Shown here one piece after another: positions 9,485 through 19,392 of a stretch of DNA of 64,000 nucleotides. The notes under the pieces were generated by a model. That model was not told where the DNA came from, made no database searches, and saw nothing but the letters and a program-made list of their open reading frames with translations. The position numbers were made by a program, and so were the translations under genes. Every line of letters begins with the position of its first letter. Within the stretch, counting starts at the first letter, position 1. The DNA comes from an uncultured Candidatus Saccharibacteria bacterium (GTDB lineage Bacteria > Patescibacteriota > Minisyncoccia > UBA6257 > UBA11618), in NCBI GenBank assembly GCA_964362125.1, contig CAYICS010000002.1, forward strand, positions 9,302 to 73,301. The letters are read 5' to 3'.

Positions 9485-11147
9485 CGGAAAAAAAGTTAAT
9501 GGGGCTGATTTGAAATCAATGACTGACGCCATCAGTCACCGTGGGCCGGATGGCGAGGGTTTTTATATTAATCCGTCAGGCAATGTTGGTTTAGGCCATC
9601 GCCGCCTGGCGATTATCGATCTTTCTCCGGCCGCCAGCCAGCCGATGACTAATGAAGACGGAACCATCTGGATTGTTTATAACGGTGAAATCTACAATTT
9701 TCAGGAGTTGCGTTCGGATTTGGAAAGACTCGGTCATAAGTTTAAGTCAAAAAGCGACACCGAGGTAATTATCCATCTTTACGAAGAATACGGAATTGAT
9801 TGTTTAAAACATCTCCGGGGAATGTTTGCTTTTGCTGTTTGGGACGAGAAAAATCAGCAGTTATTTTTGGCCCGGGATCGCCTCGGTAAAAAGCCGCTCA
9901 AGTATTATCTGGGGAAAGACGTTTTTATTTTTGCTTCAGAGTTAAAAGCGATTCTGACCCAGCTGGCAGTTAAACCAGAAGTTGATGACGAAGCTCTGCC
10001 GCATTTTTTCGCTTTTAATCATCTGGCCGCTTCGGCCACTGGTTTTAAAGAGATTTATAAACTGCCGCCAGCCCACTACGCAGTTTTAAAAGATAATCAG
10101 CTAACGACTAGAAAGTATTGGGAGATTGATTTCGGCAAAAAAGCCAAATTCGCTTCTTACGAAGAAGCGAAAATTGAATTGAAGCGGTTATTGACTGAAG
10201 CTGTGGAGAAACGCTTGATCGCCGATGTGCCTTTGGGGGCGATGCTTTCCGGCGGCATTGATTCGTCATTGGTGGTTGGTTTAATGAGCCGATTCAGCCG
10301 GCCCAAAACTTTTTCCATTGGTTTTGCTGAGGAGAAACTTGATGAGCGGCTATTTGCCCGGATAGTGGCTGACCACTTTGGCGCTGATCATACTGATCTT
10401 GAAGTAAAGCCGGATACCATTGAAATCCTGCCGAAATTAGTCAGGCAATATGAAGAACCATATGCCGATTCCTCGGCTCTACCCACTTATTATTTAGCCG
10501 AGCTGACACGGCGCTCGGTTAAAGTTGCCCTTAATGGCGACGGCGGCGATGAGGCCTTTGGCGGTTATCGGCGCTATAAATACTGGAATCTGTTTCATTA
10601 CTTTAAAAAAGATATTTATTACGACATCGCTACTCGTCAATATTTTTCTTCACTAAACCCTAAACCCTATACCCTAAACCCTAAATTAAAAAGACTTGAT
10701 GATATCTTTAAACTGGCTTACCAAACATTTCTGCCCAATGATCTTTTAATAAAAATGGATATTGCCACGATGGCTTTTGGGTTGGAGGCGCGGTCGCCTT
10801 TTCTTGATCAGGAATTGGTGGAGTTTGCCGCTTCTCTGCCGTCATTTTGGAAAGTGAGCGGCCTGAAGACAAAAATTATTCTCAAAGACGCTTTTAAAGA
10901 TTTTTTGCCTGAAGAAATTATGAAACGCCGCAAATACGGTTTTGAACTGCCGGTTGATAACTGGTTCCGCGGCCCGCTTTATCAGTGGGCAAGCGATATT
11001 TTTCTCGACAGTTCCACTATCAAGCGCGGCTATTTTGACAAAAAAGAAATAGAAAAGCTGTTAAAAGAACATAAAACAGGCGTCAAAAATCACGGGCAAC
11101 GGATTTGGCTGCTGCTCTGTTTTGAATTTTGGCTTGGGCTAAAATGA
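9453..11147 (+). CDS. asnB: Glutamine-hydrolysing asparagine synthetase homologue. It is probably a glycan amidotransferase.
   Basis: N-terminus MCGIAG provides the Cys2 nucleophile and HRGPDGEG follows. The PP-loop reads SGGIDSS. The C-terminal AsnB domain is present. Confidence 0.85.
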   Translation: MCGIAGKIYLNGKKVNGADLKSMTDAISHRGPDGEGFYINPSGNVGLGHRRLAIIDLSPAASQPMTNEDGTIWIVYNGEIYNFQELRSDLERLGHKFKSKSDTEVIIHLYEEYGIDCLKHLRGMFAFAVWDEKNQQLFLARDRLGKKPLKYYLGKDVFIFASELKAILTQLAVKPEVDDEALPHFFAFNHLAASATGFKEIYKLPPAHYAVLKDNQLTTRKYWEIDFGKKAKFASYEEAKIELKRLLTEAVEKRLIADVPLGAMLSGGIDSSLVVGLMSRFSRPKTFSIGFAEEKLDERLFARIVADHFGADHTDLEVKPDTIEILPKLVRQYEEPYADSSALPTYYLAELTRRSVKVALNGDGGDEAFGGYRRYKYWNLFHYFKKDIYYDIATRQYFSSLNPKPYTLNPKLKRLDDIFKLAYQTFLPNDLLIKMDIATMAFGLEARSPFLDQELVEFAASLPSFWKVSGLKTKIILKDAFKDFLPEEIMKRRKYGFELPVDNWFRGPLYQWASDIFLDSSTIKRGYFDKKEIEKLLKEHKTGVKNHGQRIWLLLCFEFWLGLK

Positions 11148-12094
11148 TTCCCCCGTCTTTTTCTTGTCCGATATGCGACGCCAGTTTAATCGATTCATCT
11201 TTAATTGCTAAAGAAAGTTCTATTGAAGGAGATTTAGGTATTCGTATTTGTTCAAATTGCGATTTTTTATTTACCTGGCCAAGAGCCATTGATCCTCAAA
11301 TAACTTATAATCAGGCGGAGAGGACGTCTTGGGAGAAAAAATATGGAGCAATCGACAGAGGCGAGGTAGAAAATGATCGCCATAAAAATTTTCTGGAAGA
11401 GGTGATTGTAGTTAATAATTATATACCGGAGGGCAAAATTATTGATATTGGTTGTAATGCTGGGTGGTTTTTAGAACAGTTACTCCGACACCCAAATTAT
11501 CAGCCAGAAGGATTGGAATCTAGTCCAGTCCTGGCAGAGATATGTCGTCGTCGGCTTAACATCCCGGTCTATCAGAATTTTAGCCAGCTATCTAATCGTA
11601 AAGATTCTTTTTCCGGCATAACAGTAATCGATGTGATCGAACATGTAAATCCCGAAGATATCAATTCTTTTATTGATAATATTTCGAAAATTATTAAACC
11701 CGGCGGTTATTTATTCATAAAAACTCCCAATGGAAAATTTACCCGTATTAAGGGCTGGCTGGCCGGCCTGTTGACGCCTAAATTAAGGCGGGCTTTATTG
11801 GGAGTTGAGGATGTCTGGGACGCTAAAGAACATGTGATTCATTGGAGCACAGACACGCTTTCCCGAATTCTTTTCAGATATAATTTTAAAACGGTTAAGA
11901 CTTTTGTTCCTTTGCCAGTACAAACAAGGGGTAGTCCGATTACGGCCATCGCCGCCCGCAAATTTATTTACTTGACAGCTTATTTATTGAACGGGCGTAG
12001 AAGAGTTCCTGCTTTTGCCCAGGATATTTTTTTAATTGCCCAGAAAAATATAAATAAAGAGGCAATCAGCATAAACGGCAAAAGAGGGATGTAA
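11129..12094 (+). CDS. Class I SAM-dependent methyltransferase with an N-terminal Zn-ribbon
   Basis: Two Cys pairs form the ribbon: CPICD and CSNCDF. Motif I reads IIDIGCNAGWF, and the acidic loop reads VIDVIEHV. Confidence 0.7.
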   Translation: MAWAKMIPPSFSCPICDASLIDSSLIAKESSIEGDLGIRICSNCDFLFTWPRAIDPQITYNQAERTSWEKKYGAIDRGEVENDRHKNFLEEVIVVNNYIPEGKIIDIGCNAGWFLEQLLRHPNYQPEGLESSPVLAEICRRRLNIPVYQNFSQLSNRKDSFSGITVIDVIEHVNPEDINSFIDNISKIIKPGGYLFIKTPNGKFTRIKGWLAGLLTPKLRRALLGVEDVWDAKEHVIHWSTDTLSRILFRYNFKTVKTFVPLPVQTRGSPITAIAARKFIYLTAYLLNGRRRVPAFAQDIFLIAQKNINKEAISINGKRGM

Positions 12095-13959
12095 TATCTT
12101 TCGCTATTATCGCTGAATATCAGCAGAGTTAAAAGCTGTGACCAGACAAAGCCGCCGATTAACCAATAATCTTTGCTGGTTATAAAAAAGACAGAGCCGA
12201 TCAGGAAGCCCAGAAACGGATAAAGCATCCATAAACCAAAAGGATTATTTTTTAAACCAAGGGCAGTAATAAATTTATTCCCCAACACTTTCAGGTAGTC
12301 AATGGGATTTTCAATAATCCAAATAATACTTGGATCAGCCCTATCATCGAATATTTTATCAGCTAAAGAGAGGATGGTTGGGTGATTATTCTTGGCAGAT
12401 AATTGATAGTCAGGAGGCGCTTGAGTGGCATGGATAAAGTTGGTAGTTGAAATTGAATTAACGAATAATCCGAAATCATCTGCTATCAGCTGGTTGCGCA
12501 GAAGAAAGGGGCTAAAGGCAATCAAGAGGCCGACAGTAAAGGACAATAGGGGTTTTAAAAGCTGTTTTCTATAAGTGAAAATCAGCCAAATAATTATAAA
12601 AGGCAGCCAGCTTAGGAAGTTGTAGCGATTAATAACAGAGAAGGCCAATGAGGCGCCGGCAAGAAAAGAAAGATGATTTTTTTTAAACAGCAAAAGAAGG
12701 ACGGCGGCGACAGCAAAAAAAGCGCCTAGGGGTTGAGGAAAGAGTTTGAAATGTTCGCCAAAAAACGGAGGATAAAAATTAACTAATGGAATAATGGCCA
12801 GTGAAAGCCAATGGTTTTTAAGAAGGCGCGAGCTGATTAAAAAAGCAATAAAAGCTGTAAAAAGGCCAATAAGTGATTGAAAGAAGACAACGCCAAATAA
12901 TCCTTCTCCGGTAATCAAGTGAATTAAGGCAAGGAAATAATAATAGGGCTGATGATAGTACGGCCCATCAATTATTTTCATTGCCCAATCACCTGTTTTA
13001 AGAATATGACGGGCGAAAGTTTCATAAGAGATTGGATCGTGGGCAACGTCCAGATAATTAAAATATTCTGACTGGGCTTTATTTAGTAATTCACTGCCAG
13101 TCAATAAAAGACAGAATAATAAAGTCGCTATCAAAAAAGGACGTTTGGGGAATATACGGGTTATTTTAAAAACAATAATAAGGTTGAGGATAGCCAACAG
13201 TTTTAATATACCGTCAGCAATTCCTAAAAGATCATCGGAAAAAATTAAAGATGGGGCATAGTATTTGGTAAAAAGAGTTTTAACTGTCTGATTACCATAA
13301 TTATCTCCCCAATTAAGATTAATAAAGCGCAGTGGTTTAGATGATGGCCGATAGCTGATTTTAATTGGATAGACGCCGCTGCCTTTAATTTTCAAATCAA
13401 GAGAGGTTTCGCCGTCGCTGGTGAGAGATACAGTTTTATATCCGGGCGGGATGTAGATATGGCCCTGCCAGTTTATTTTTATTGGCCAAAGATAACGTTC
13501 TTGCTGATCTGGGATTGTAAAAAATTTTTCGTCATTTAAATACCAAAGAGGCAATGGGTTGGCATCAGGGGAGTAGCCGACTGATTTAAAATTTATAACC
13601 GGGTCAATTCTTGTTTGGGCTAAGATAGTTTCATTGGGCGGCGGATAATAGTATTGGCCTATCAGACCGCTCTCGAGCGACGCCCCTCCCAGAATCAGCT
13701 TTAAGATAATTAAAGTGAAAGCGAAGATCCCGACAATAAGAAGATTTTTTTGCTTTTTATAATCAGCTTTCGGCGATAAAGAAAAAATTATAATAATCGC
13801 CGCTATAAAGATTATTTCGTGGAATTGGCTTAGTGGGACGCCATCGAACCAGCCGGCGCGCCCCGGAATTATGAAAAAAATAATCGCCAGAAAAATCAGA
13901 AAAAATTGACCCTGATTCACAATGTGCTTATTATAGTGACGTGCTCCAGCAACTATCAA
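11980..13959 (-). CDS. Large polytopic membrane protein with an extracytoplasmic beta-rich domain of about 180 aa. It is possibly a GT-C-type glycosyltransferase.
   Basis: 659 aa with more than 12 TM helices. Its 3' end overlaps the convergent methyltransferase gene by 115 nt. Confidence 0.55.
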   Translation of the reverse strand: MIVAGARHYNKHIVNQGQFFLIFLAIIFFIIPGRAGWFDGVPLSQFHEIIFIAAIIIIFSLSPKADYKKQKNLLIVGIFAFTLIILKLILGGASLESGLIGQYYYPPPNETILAQTRIDPVINFKSVGYSPDANPLPLWYLNDEKFFTIPDQQERYLWPIKINWQGHIYIPPGYKTVSLTSDGETSLDLKIKGSGVYPIKISYRPSSKPLRFINLNWGDNYGNQTVKTLFTKYYAPSLIFSDDLLGIADGILKLLAILNLIIVFKITRIFPKRPFLIATLLFCLLLTGSELLNKAQSEYFNYLDVAHDPISYETFARHILKTGDWAMKIIDGPYYHQPYYYFLALIHLITGEGLFGVVFFQSLIGLFTAFIAFLISSRLLKNHWLSLAIIPLVNFYPPFFGEHFKLFPQPLGAFFAVAAVLLLLFKKNHLSFLAGASLAFSVINRYNFLSWLPFIIIWLIFTYRKQLLKPLLSFTVGLLIAFSPFLLRNQLIADDFGLFVNSISTTNFIHATQAPPDYQLSAKNNHPTILSLADKIFDDRADPSIIWIIENPIDYLKVLGNKFITALGLKNNPFGLWMLYPFLGFLIGSVFFITSKDYWLIGGFVWSQLLTLLIFSDNSERYYIPLLPFMLIASLFIFFWAIKKISWAKAGTLLRPFNK

Positions 13960-14642
13960 GTGTTTCCTTTTTTTGTCCAGCTTACTGTGAGGAAGATAAT
14001 CTGCCGGAATTTATTCCCAAAGTTCATAAATTTTTGTCAGAGAACAGTCGCCAATTTGAAATTGTCATTGTTAATAACGGCAGTCATGATCGGACTGGCG
14101 TCATTGCTGAAGATTTGGCTAAACAATATAAAAATATCAGGGTGATCCATCACCCGCGAAATATGGGTTATGGAGGCGCTTTAAAAACCGGTTTTGCCAG
14201 CGCCCGCGGGGATTATGATTATGTAATGTATCTTGACAGCGACAATCAATATGACATTAACGAATTTAATCCTCATCTTCACCTGCTCGATCAGTTTGAT
14301 ATTTTAAGTCCTTACGCCGCCAAAAAGGCCGTCACTTTTCCCCGGAAAATTCAGTCGTTTGTTTATAATTTTTGTCTTAATAACCTTTTCCCTCTTAAAT
14401 TGCGGGATGTCAATTGCTCAATGAAGATTTATAAACGCGAGGTAATTAAAACGGTTTCTATTAATAGTCAAAGCGCTTTTATTGACGCGGAGGTGTTATT
14501 AAAGGCCAAGCGAGCCGGCTTTAAGATTCATCAATTCCCCATAACTCATTTCCCCCGCAAGAAAGGTGTAGCCACTGGTTCTCACCCTAGTGTTATTTGG
14601 GAGACAATTAAGGAGATGGTGAAATTTAGGCTCTGGAGTTAA
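13941..14642 (+). CDS. Family 2 glycosyltransferase with a GTG start
   Basis: Motifs FFCPAYCEEDN (PAYNEE-like), VIVNNGSHDRT and YLDSDNQYD (DxD). Confidence 0.75.
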   Translation: MLQQLSSVSFFCPAYCEEDNLPEFIPKVHKFLSENSRQFEIVIVNNGSHDRTGVIAEDLAKQYKNIRVIHHPRNMGYGGALKTGFASARGDYDYVMYLDSDNQYDINEFNPHLHLLDQFDILSPYAAKKAVTFPRKIQSFVYNFCLNNLFPLKLRDVNCSMKIYKREVIKTVSINSQSAFIDAEVLLKAKRAGFKIHQFPITHFPRKKGVATGSHPSVIWETIKEMVKFRLWS

Positions 14643-14711
14643 ATCCAAAAACTCTGCTCTTCAAAACAAAGGTAGGTGTCGGTCCGCTATTCTTCTTCTC
14701 GCAACAACCAC

Positions 14712-14946
14712 GGCTAAGCCACCCCCTCCTCCTCGAAACAACCTGTTGGAGTGGAGCTTATAAATTTGTGAGTCCCGAGGAAAGAAATCTAAGAAAAACA
14801 GTTGTTTGAGCCCCAGCTCTGCTGGGGAACCCTTATCTTCCTTAATGTTAACGGCGAGTTCTGTTTTTCCGATAATTTCTGACGAGGGACGAACTGAATT
14901 TATGCGGAACGGAAATGGTTATTGAGAGGAGGAGGGGGTGGCTATA
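14712..14946. repeat. MITE-like palindromic repeat, copy A. Its terminal inverted repeats are GCCACCCCCTCCTCC and GAGGAGGAGGGGGTGGC.
   Basis: The element is about 235 bp with an internal long imperfect palindrome and a central hairpin ccccagc-tct-gctgggg at 14811-14827. It aligns collinearly at roughly 80-85% identity to the reverse complement of 19393-19631. Confidence 0.6.
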
Positions 14947-14982
14947 TATGCCTGATGGTACTGAAAGCGATAGCTTTATTTC

Positions 14983-15012
14983 TTGACTTATAGCTTAAAA
15001 AATGCTTATATT
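14983..15012 (+). promoter_or_regulatory. Candidate sigma70-like promoter: TTGACT, 17 nt spacer, TTATAT
   Basis: TTGACT lies at 14983-14988 and TTATAT at 15006-15011. This suggests the real start of the next gene is the ATG at 15023 (MKLLMISGD). Confidence 0.3.
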
Positions 15013-16150
15013 AAGAGTGCCAATGAAGCTCTTAATGATCAGCGGCGATATTGATTTAGTCCGGGGTATTGATGGCGCTTTTTTTAACACCCTTAGTGGT
15101 TTTCATAAATATTGGGAAAGAATTGATATCATCTGTCCTTATGTTAAAGAAGCCAGACGCCTTTCTCTTTTTGGCAATGTCTTTCTTCATCCTCTGCCTT
15201 GGGGAAGAGTTATCGCCCCGTTTTTTATTTTAAAAAGAGGCATTTCCATAGTTAATCAATCTAAACCTGATTTAATTATTGCCCACGCTTACGGTTTTCA
15301 ATTGATGTCCATAGGCGCCTGGCTTCTGGCCGGCAAAACCGGACTACCTCTTGTTTTAGAGGTTATGCATATGGGCGGACATCCCCGGGCGGCCAGTTTC
15401 CGGGAATGGCTGGAGAAAATAATTTCCAAATTATTTATTAGTTTTATGGCCAGCCGGGCCGATGCTTTTCGGGTAGTTAATAAAGCCGATAGTTATCCCC
15501 TGCTTATTTCTCTGGGAGTGCCGCCGGAGAAAATTAAGCTTATTTACGCTTTTTATATTGATCAAAAGATTTTTAATAACCAAACTAATCAGGACAAAAA
15601 ATTTGATTTGATTTTTGTCGGCCGATTGGCGGCTAATAAAAATTTACCTCTGCTGCTTAATACTTTCCAAAAAGTTGCTGAAGAAATCCCTCAAGTCAGT
15701 TTGGTAATTGTCGGGAGCGGCCCTTTAGAGAATTGGTTAAAGCGGCAAATTATTTTAATAAAAAATGTTAATTATTTTCGGTTTCTCCCGGCACTGAAAG
15801 ATGTCGCCGATTTGTACCGCCAGTCCCGGATTGTGGTTTGTTGTTCAATGGCTGAAGGCGGGCCGAGATTTGTGGTGGAGGCGATGGCTTGCGGTTTGCC
15901 GGCGGTTTCCACCCCAGTGGGATTAATGAAAGAAATTATCAAAGACGGAGAAAATGGATTTCTGGCCGGGAACTGGTCTGAAGAAAATATGGCCAGATCA
16001 ATAATTAATCTTTTAAGATCACCGGAGCTTTATAAGAAATGTTCAGAGAACGCCATCGGGACTGTGGCCGGATTTGAATATCAAAAAACAATTTCTCAAT
16101 ACGCCTTGGCTTACCAGAAATTAATTGAAGAATTAAGAAATAAAAAATGA
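15002..16150 (+). CDS. Family 4 glycosyltransferase. The start is probably at 15023.
   Basis: Carries GGPRFVVEAMACGLPAVSTPVG, a GT4 EX7E-type C-terminal domain. Confidence 0.75.
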   Translation: MLILRVPMKLLMISGDIDLVRGIDGAFFNTLSGFHKYWERIDIICPYVKEARRLSLFGNVFLHPLPWGRVIAPFFILKRGISIVNQSKPDLIIAHAYGFQLMSIGAWLLAGKTGLPLVLEVMHMGGHPRAASFREWLEKIISKLFISFMASRADAFRVVNKADSYPLLISLGVPPEKIKLIYAFYIDQKIFNNQTNQDKKFDLIFVGRLAANKNLPLLLNTFQKVAEEIPQVSLVIVGSGPLENWLKRQIILIKNVNYFRFLPALKDVADLYRQSRIVVCCSMAEGGPRFVVEAMACGLPAVSTPVGLMKEIIKDGENGFLAGNWSEENMARSIINLLRSPELYKKCSENAIGTVAGFEYQKTISQYALAYQKLIEELRNKK

Positions 16151-17178
16151 AAGTTTTAGCCATCATTCAATGTTGGGATAATCAGGATCAGGTGCGGGGA
16201 TTTACGGTTGGCTGGATGGAAAAGCTGGCAGAGAAAGTTGACCAGCTGATTATTTTAACTCTGGAACAGCGCCAGCCGTCTACCAGACCCAATATAATTA
16301 TTTATTCATTGGGTAAAGAAAATTATCAGGGATTGTGGAGGCGTATTTATTATTTATACCAATGGCATCGGCAGGTGAGAAAAATAATTAAAGATTATTC
16401 ACCTCAAATTATTTTTACTCATATGACGCCTATTTATTCGGTATTGGCTTATCCTTACGCGGCTTCCAAGAGAATTCCTATTATTACCTGGTTTCTCCAC
16501 CCCAGAACCCATTTTATTGTTAAGTTAGCCCATTGGCTTTCGGCTAAAGTAGTTTCGGCAACTCCGGACAGCTATCCTTATAAGAAGGATAAGTTAGCGG
16601 CCTTGGGTCATGGGATTGATACGGATTTATTTAGGCCCGGCGGCCAATCAGACAATCCACCGATGATTTTATCAGTCGGCCGGATTTCCCGGGTGAAAAG
16701 TTATGAAACTTTATTGCGGGCGGCCCAAGGATTGCAAGTGACGATAATCGGCAATCCGATTACCGATGACGATAGAGAATATTTTTCTGAAATAAAAAAA
16801 TATCAGGCGGAATTTCTGCCGGCCCTGCCCCGTAAGGAATTAGTAGGCTGGTATCATAAATGTTTTCTCCATGTGAATCCCACCAGTCCCGGCTCTGGCG
16901 ATAAAGTTAATCTGGAAGCAATGGCCTGCGGCCGGCCGGCGCTGATGGCCACCTCCGCTTTTGCCGATACCCTATCCGGTTTTGAAGATAAGCTGATTTT
17001 CAGATATCAGGACGAGAAAGATTTAGCCGATAAAGTTTCTTATTGGCTTTCTCTTTCCGCGGCTGAAAGAGAAAAAATTGGAAATGTTTTGCGCGACCGG
17101 GTTGTTAAAAATCATAGTCTGGATAATTTAATGTCCGGATTGGTTAATCTGTTTTATGAAAATACTTTATCTGGCTAA
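16147..17178 (+). CDS. GT-B glycosyltransferase (GT4-like)
   Basis: Carries GDKVNLEAMACGRPAL. The start overlaps the stop of the upstream gene by 4 nt. Confidence 0.65.
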   Translation: MKVLAIIQCWDNQDQVRGFTVGWMEKLAEKVDQLIILTLEQRQPSTRPNIIIYSLGKENYQGLWRRIYYLYQWHRQVRKIIKDYSPQIIFTHMTPIYSVLAYPYAASKRIPIITWFLHPRTHFIVKLAHWLSAKVVSATPDSYPYKKDKLAALGHGIDTDLFRPGGQSDNPPMILSVGRISRVKSYETLLRAAQGLQVTIIGNPITDDDREYFSEIKKYQAEFLPALPRKELVGWYHKCFLHVNPTSPGSGDKVNLEAMACGRPALMATSAFADTLSGFEDKLIFRYQDEKDLADKVSYWLSLSAAEREKIGNVLRDRVVKNHSLDNLMSGLVNLFYENTLSG

Positions 17179-18319
17179 TATTCGTCTGCCAACGGAAAGG
17201 GCTCATGGCTATCAGATAATGAAAATGTGTCAGGCTCTAAGCAGTGTCGGCGCTGAAGTGTCTCTTTATCATCCTCAAAGACAGCAGTCGCCGCTGGTAA
17301 AAAAATCAGGTAAAGATCCTTTTGATTTTTATAACATCTCCCCTAATTTTAAAATTCACACCCTGCCTAATCTTGATGTAGTGTCTTGGGAAAGATATTT
17401 GCCGGTTTTTACCAGACCCCTTTTGGGCTTTCTTCAAAACTTTTTTTGGGCTTTCTATGCGGTTAATAAAACCAGAAAAATTTTTGCTGATATCTATTAT
17501 ACCCGCGATCTGACCGTCGCCTTTTGGTTAGCTTATTTTCAAAAGAGATTTATTTTTGAGATTCATACTCTTCCCCGGAAACGCTCCTGGTTGATAAGAT
17601 CAGTTCTGGGCAGTGGTGATTTATTGTTAGCGGCGGCCCTGACTAGCTTTATTAAAAATAAATTAGTTAAATGGGGCGCGCCCGAAGATAAAATTATTGT
17701 GGCGCCGGATGCGGTTGACTTATCGGCTTTTAAAAATTTGCCGTCGCCAAAAGAATGCCGGAGAAAATTTAATCTGCCGGAAGATGTCTGGCTGGTTGGT
17801 TATATCGGACGCTTTGAAAGTATAGGCAGAGAGAAGGGCGTGGGTATTTTAGCCGAGGCAGTGAGGCAAATTCCCGAAGTTGACGGCCGAAAAGTGATGC
17901 TATTGGCAGTGGGCGGGCCGTTGCCGATGGTAGAAAAGTATAAAAATCAGCAGACAATTTTTTTTGATCATCAGCCGGCAGAAGATGTGCCTTATTGGAT
18001 CAAGGCCTGCGATGTTGTCACTATTCCCTGGCAGTGGACTGAATTTTCTGCTTATTATACTTCTCCACTTAAGTTATTCGAGTATATGGCGGCTGACGTG
18101 CCGATTATTGCCAGTGACTTACCGGCGTTGCGTGAAGTATTAAATGAAAATAATGCGGTTTTAGTAAAAGCAGGCGACCGGGAGGCTTTAGTCGTTGCTA
18201 TTGAAAAACTTTTGAAAAATCCCGATCTTTCCTCTAAAATAGCCGAACAAGCTAAGGCCGATGTCCAGCAATATACTTGGGAGAAACGGGCGCAAAAAAT
18301 CTTAAAATTAATTAGATGA
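17156..18319 (+). CDS. Family 4 glycosyltransferase
   Basis: C-terminal GT-B domain reads SPLKLFEYMAADVPIIASDLPALREV. Confidence 0.7.
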   Translation: MKILYLANIRLPTERAHGYQIMKMCQALSSVGAEVSLYHPQRQQSPLVKKSGKDPFDFYNISPNFKIHTLPNLDVVSWERYLPVFTRPLLGFLQNFFWAFYAVNKTRKIFADIYYTRDLTVAFWLAYFQKRFIFEIHTLPRKRSWLIRSVLGSGDLLLAAALTSFIKNKLVKWGAPEDKIIVAPDAVDLSAFKNLPSPKECRRKFNLPEDVWLVGYIGRFESIGREKGVGILAEAVRQIPEVDGRKVMLLAVGGPLPMVEKYKNQQTIFFDHQPAEDVPYWIKACDVVTIPWQWTEFSAYYTSPLKLFEYMAADVPIIASDLPALREVLNENNAVLVKAGDREALVVAIEKLLKNPDLSSKIAEQAKADVQQYTWEKRAQKILKLIR

Positions 18320-19362
18320 ATGTTATTTTAATTAGCAACAGCAGTCAGCCGACCAGCGGTTGGGGGACGATGACTCATAATCATTGTCTGGCTTTAGCCC
18401 GGGCCGGCATCCCCTTCGTTTTATTGAAGCCGCCGTTTCTTCCTGATCTGCCTTTGGGTTTTAATTGGCGAAATTTTTGGAGAATCCCCTATCTTTTTCA
18501 AGTGCCTGATTTAAAACCCGGAAAAGACACAGTCATTCATTCGCTCCTTGATTTCCCAACAGCGGTTTTGGGCTGGCGGCTGGCTAAGAAATATAAACTG
18601 CCTTTTGTTTTCACGGCTCACGGCACTTATTCTGTTTTACCCTTCACCCGGTTTTTTGATCGCCGGCTTTTTCTTCCGGTTTATCGCGGGGCCAACCAAA
18701 TAATTGCTGTTAGTAATTTTACCGCCCGGAAGATGCGGGAATTAAGCGGCTGCCAACGCCCGATTGATGTTATCTCTAATCCAGCGGCTCTGCCGGCTGG
18801 TTTTGGTCAGGAGGATTTTTCCATTATGGATAAAATTCCCAAGGGCAAAAAAATTATTTTAGCGGTTGGGCCAAGCAAAGGCCGGAAAGGCATTGATGTT
18901 TTAATTTCCGCCCTGCCCCTGATTACTAAAGAAGTCCCCGCCGCCTATTTGGCAGTAGTCGGCGATCAGGAAAAAGAAGGAGAGAACTTCCGGATGTTTA
19001 AAAACCTGCCGGCCCGGCAATTAGCCGCTCTTTTCGCCAACTGTGCTGTCTTTGCTTTAACCCCCCGTTATCTTAATCATGAATTTGAAGGTTATGGCTT
19101 GGTTTATCTGGAAGCGGGTTTATATAAAAAGCCGGTGGTCGGTTCGCTTTCCGGCGGCGTGCCTGAGGCGGTCATTGATGGAGAAACTGGCTTGCTGGTT
19201 CCGGAAAATGATCACCGGGCCGCGGCCGTCGCCATTATCAAAATTTTAAAAAATTCAGAATTAGCTGAAAGATTAGGCGAGGGCGGTTACCGGCTGGCCA
19301 AAGAAAGGAATTGGGACAGCTATATTGACAAAGTTATAAAGATTTATCATAATCTAGTTTAG
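18316..19362 (+). CDS. Family 4 glycosyltransferase
   Basis: Carries EGYGLVYLEAGLYKKPVVGSLSGGVPEAVIDGETG. Confidence 0.75.
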   Translation: MNVILISNSSQPTSGWGTMTHNHCLALARAGIPFVLLKPPFLPDLPLGFNWRNFWRIPYLFQVPDLKPGKDTVIHSLLDFPTAVLGWRLAKKYKLPFVFTAHGTYSVLPFTRFFDRRLFLPVYRGANQIIAVSNFTARKMRELSGCQRPIDVISNPAALPAGFGQEDFSIMDKIPKGKKIILAVGPSKGRKGIDVLISALPLITKEVPAAYLAVVGDQEKEGENFRMFKNLPARQLAALFANCAVFALTPRYLNHEFEGYGLVYLEAGLYKKPVVGSLSGGVPEAVIDGETGLLVPENDHRAAAVAIIKILKNSELAERLGEGGYRLAKERNWDSYIDKVIKIYHNLV

Positions 19363-19392
19363 TCTTTTTTGTTCGAACTTTGGCAACTTGGA

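Noticed and set aside
13906-14145. 79-aa ORF overlapping the start of the GT2 gene
   Set aside because: The GT2 reading frame carries the conserved PAYxEE, DDGS-like and DxD motifs. The alternative frame carries nothing recognisable.
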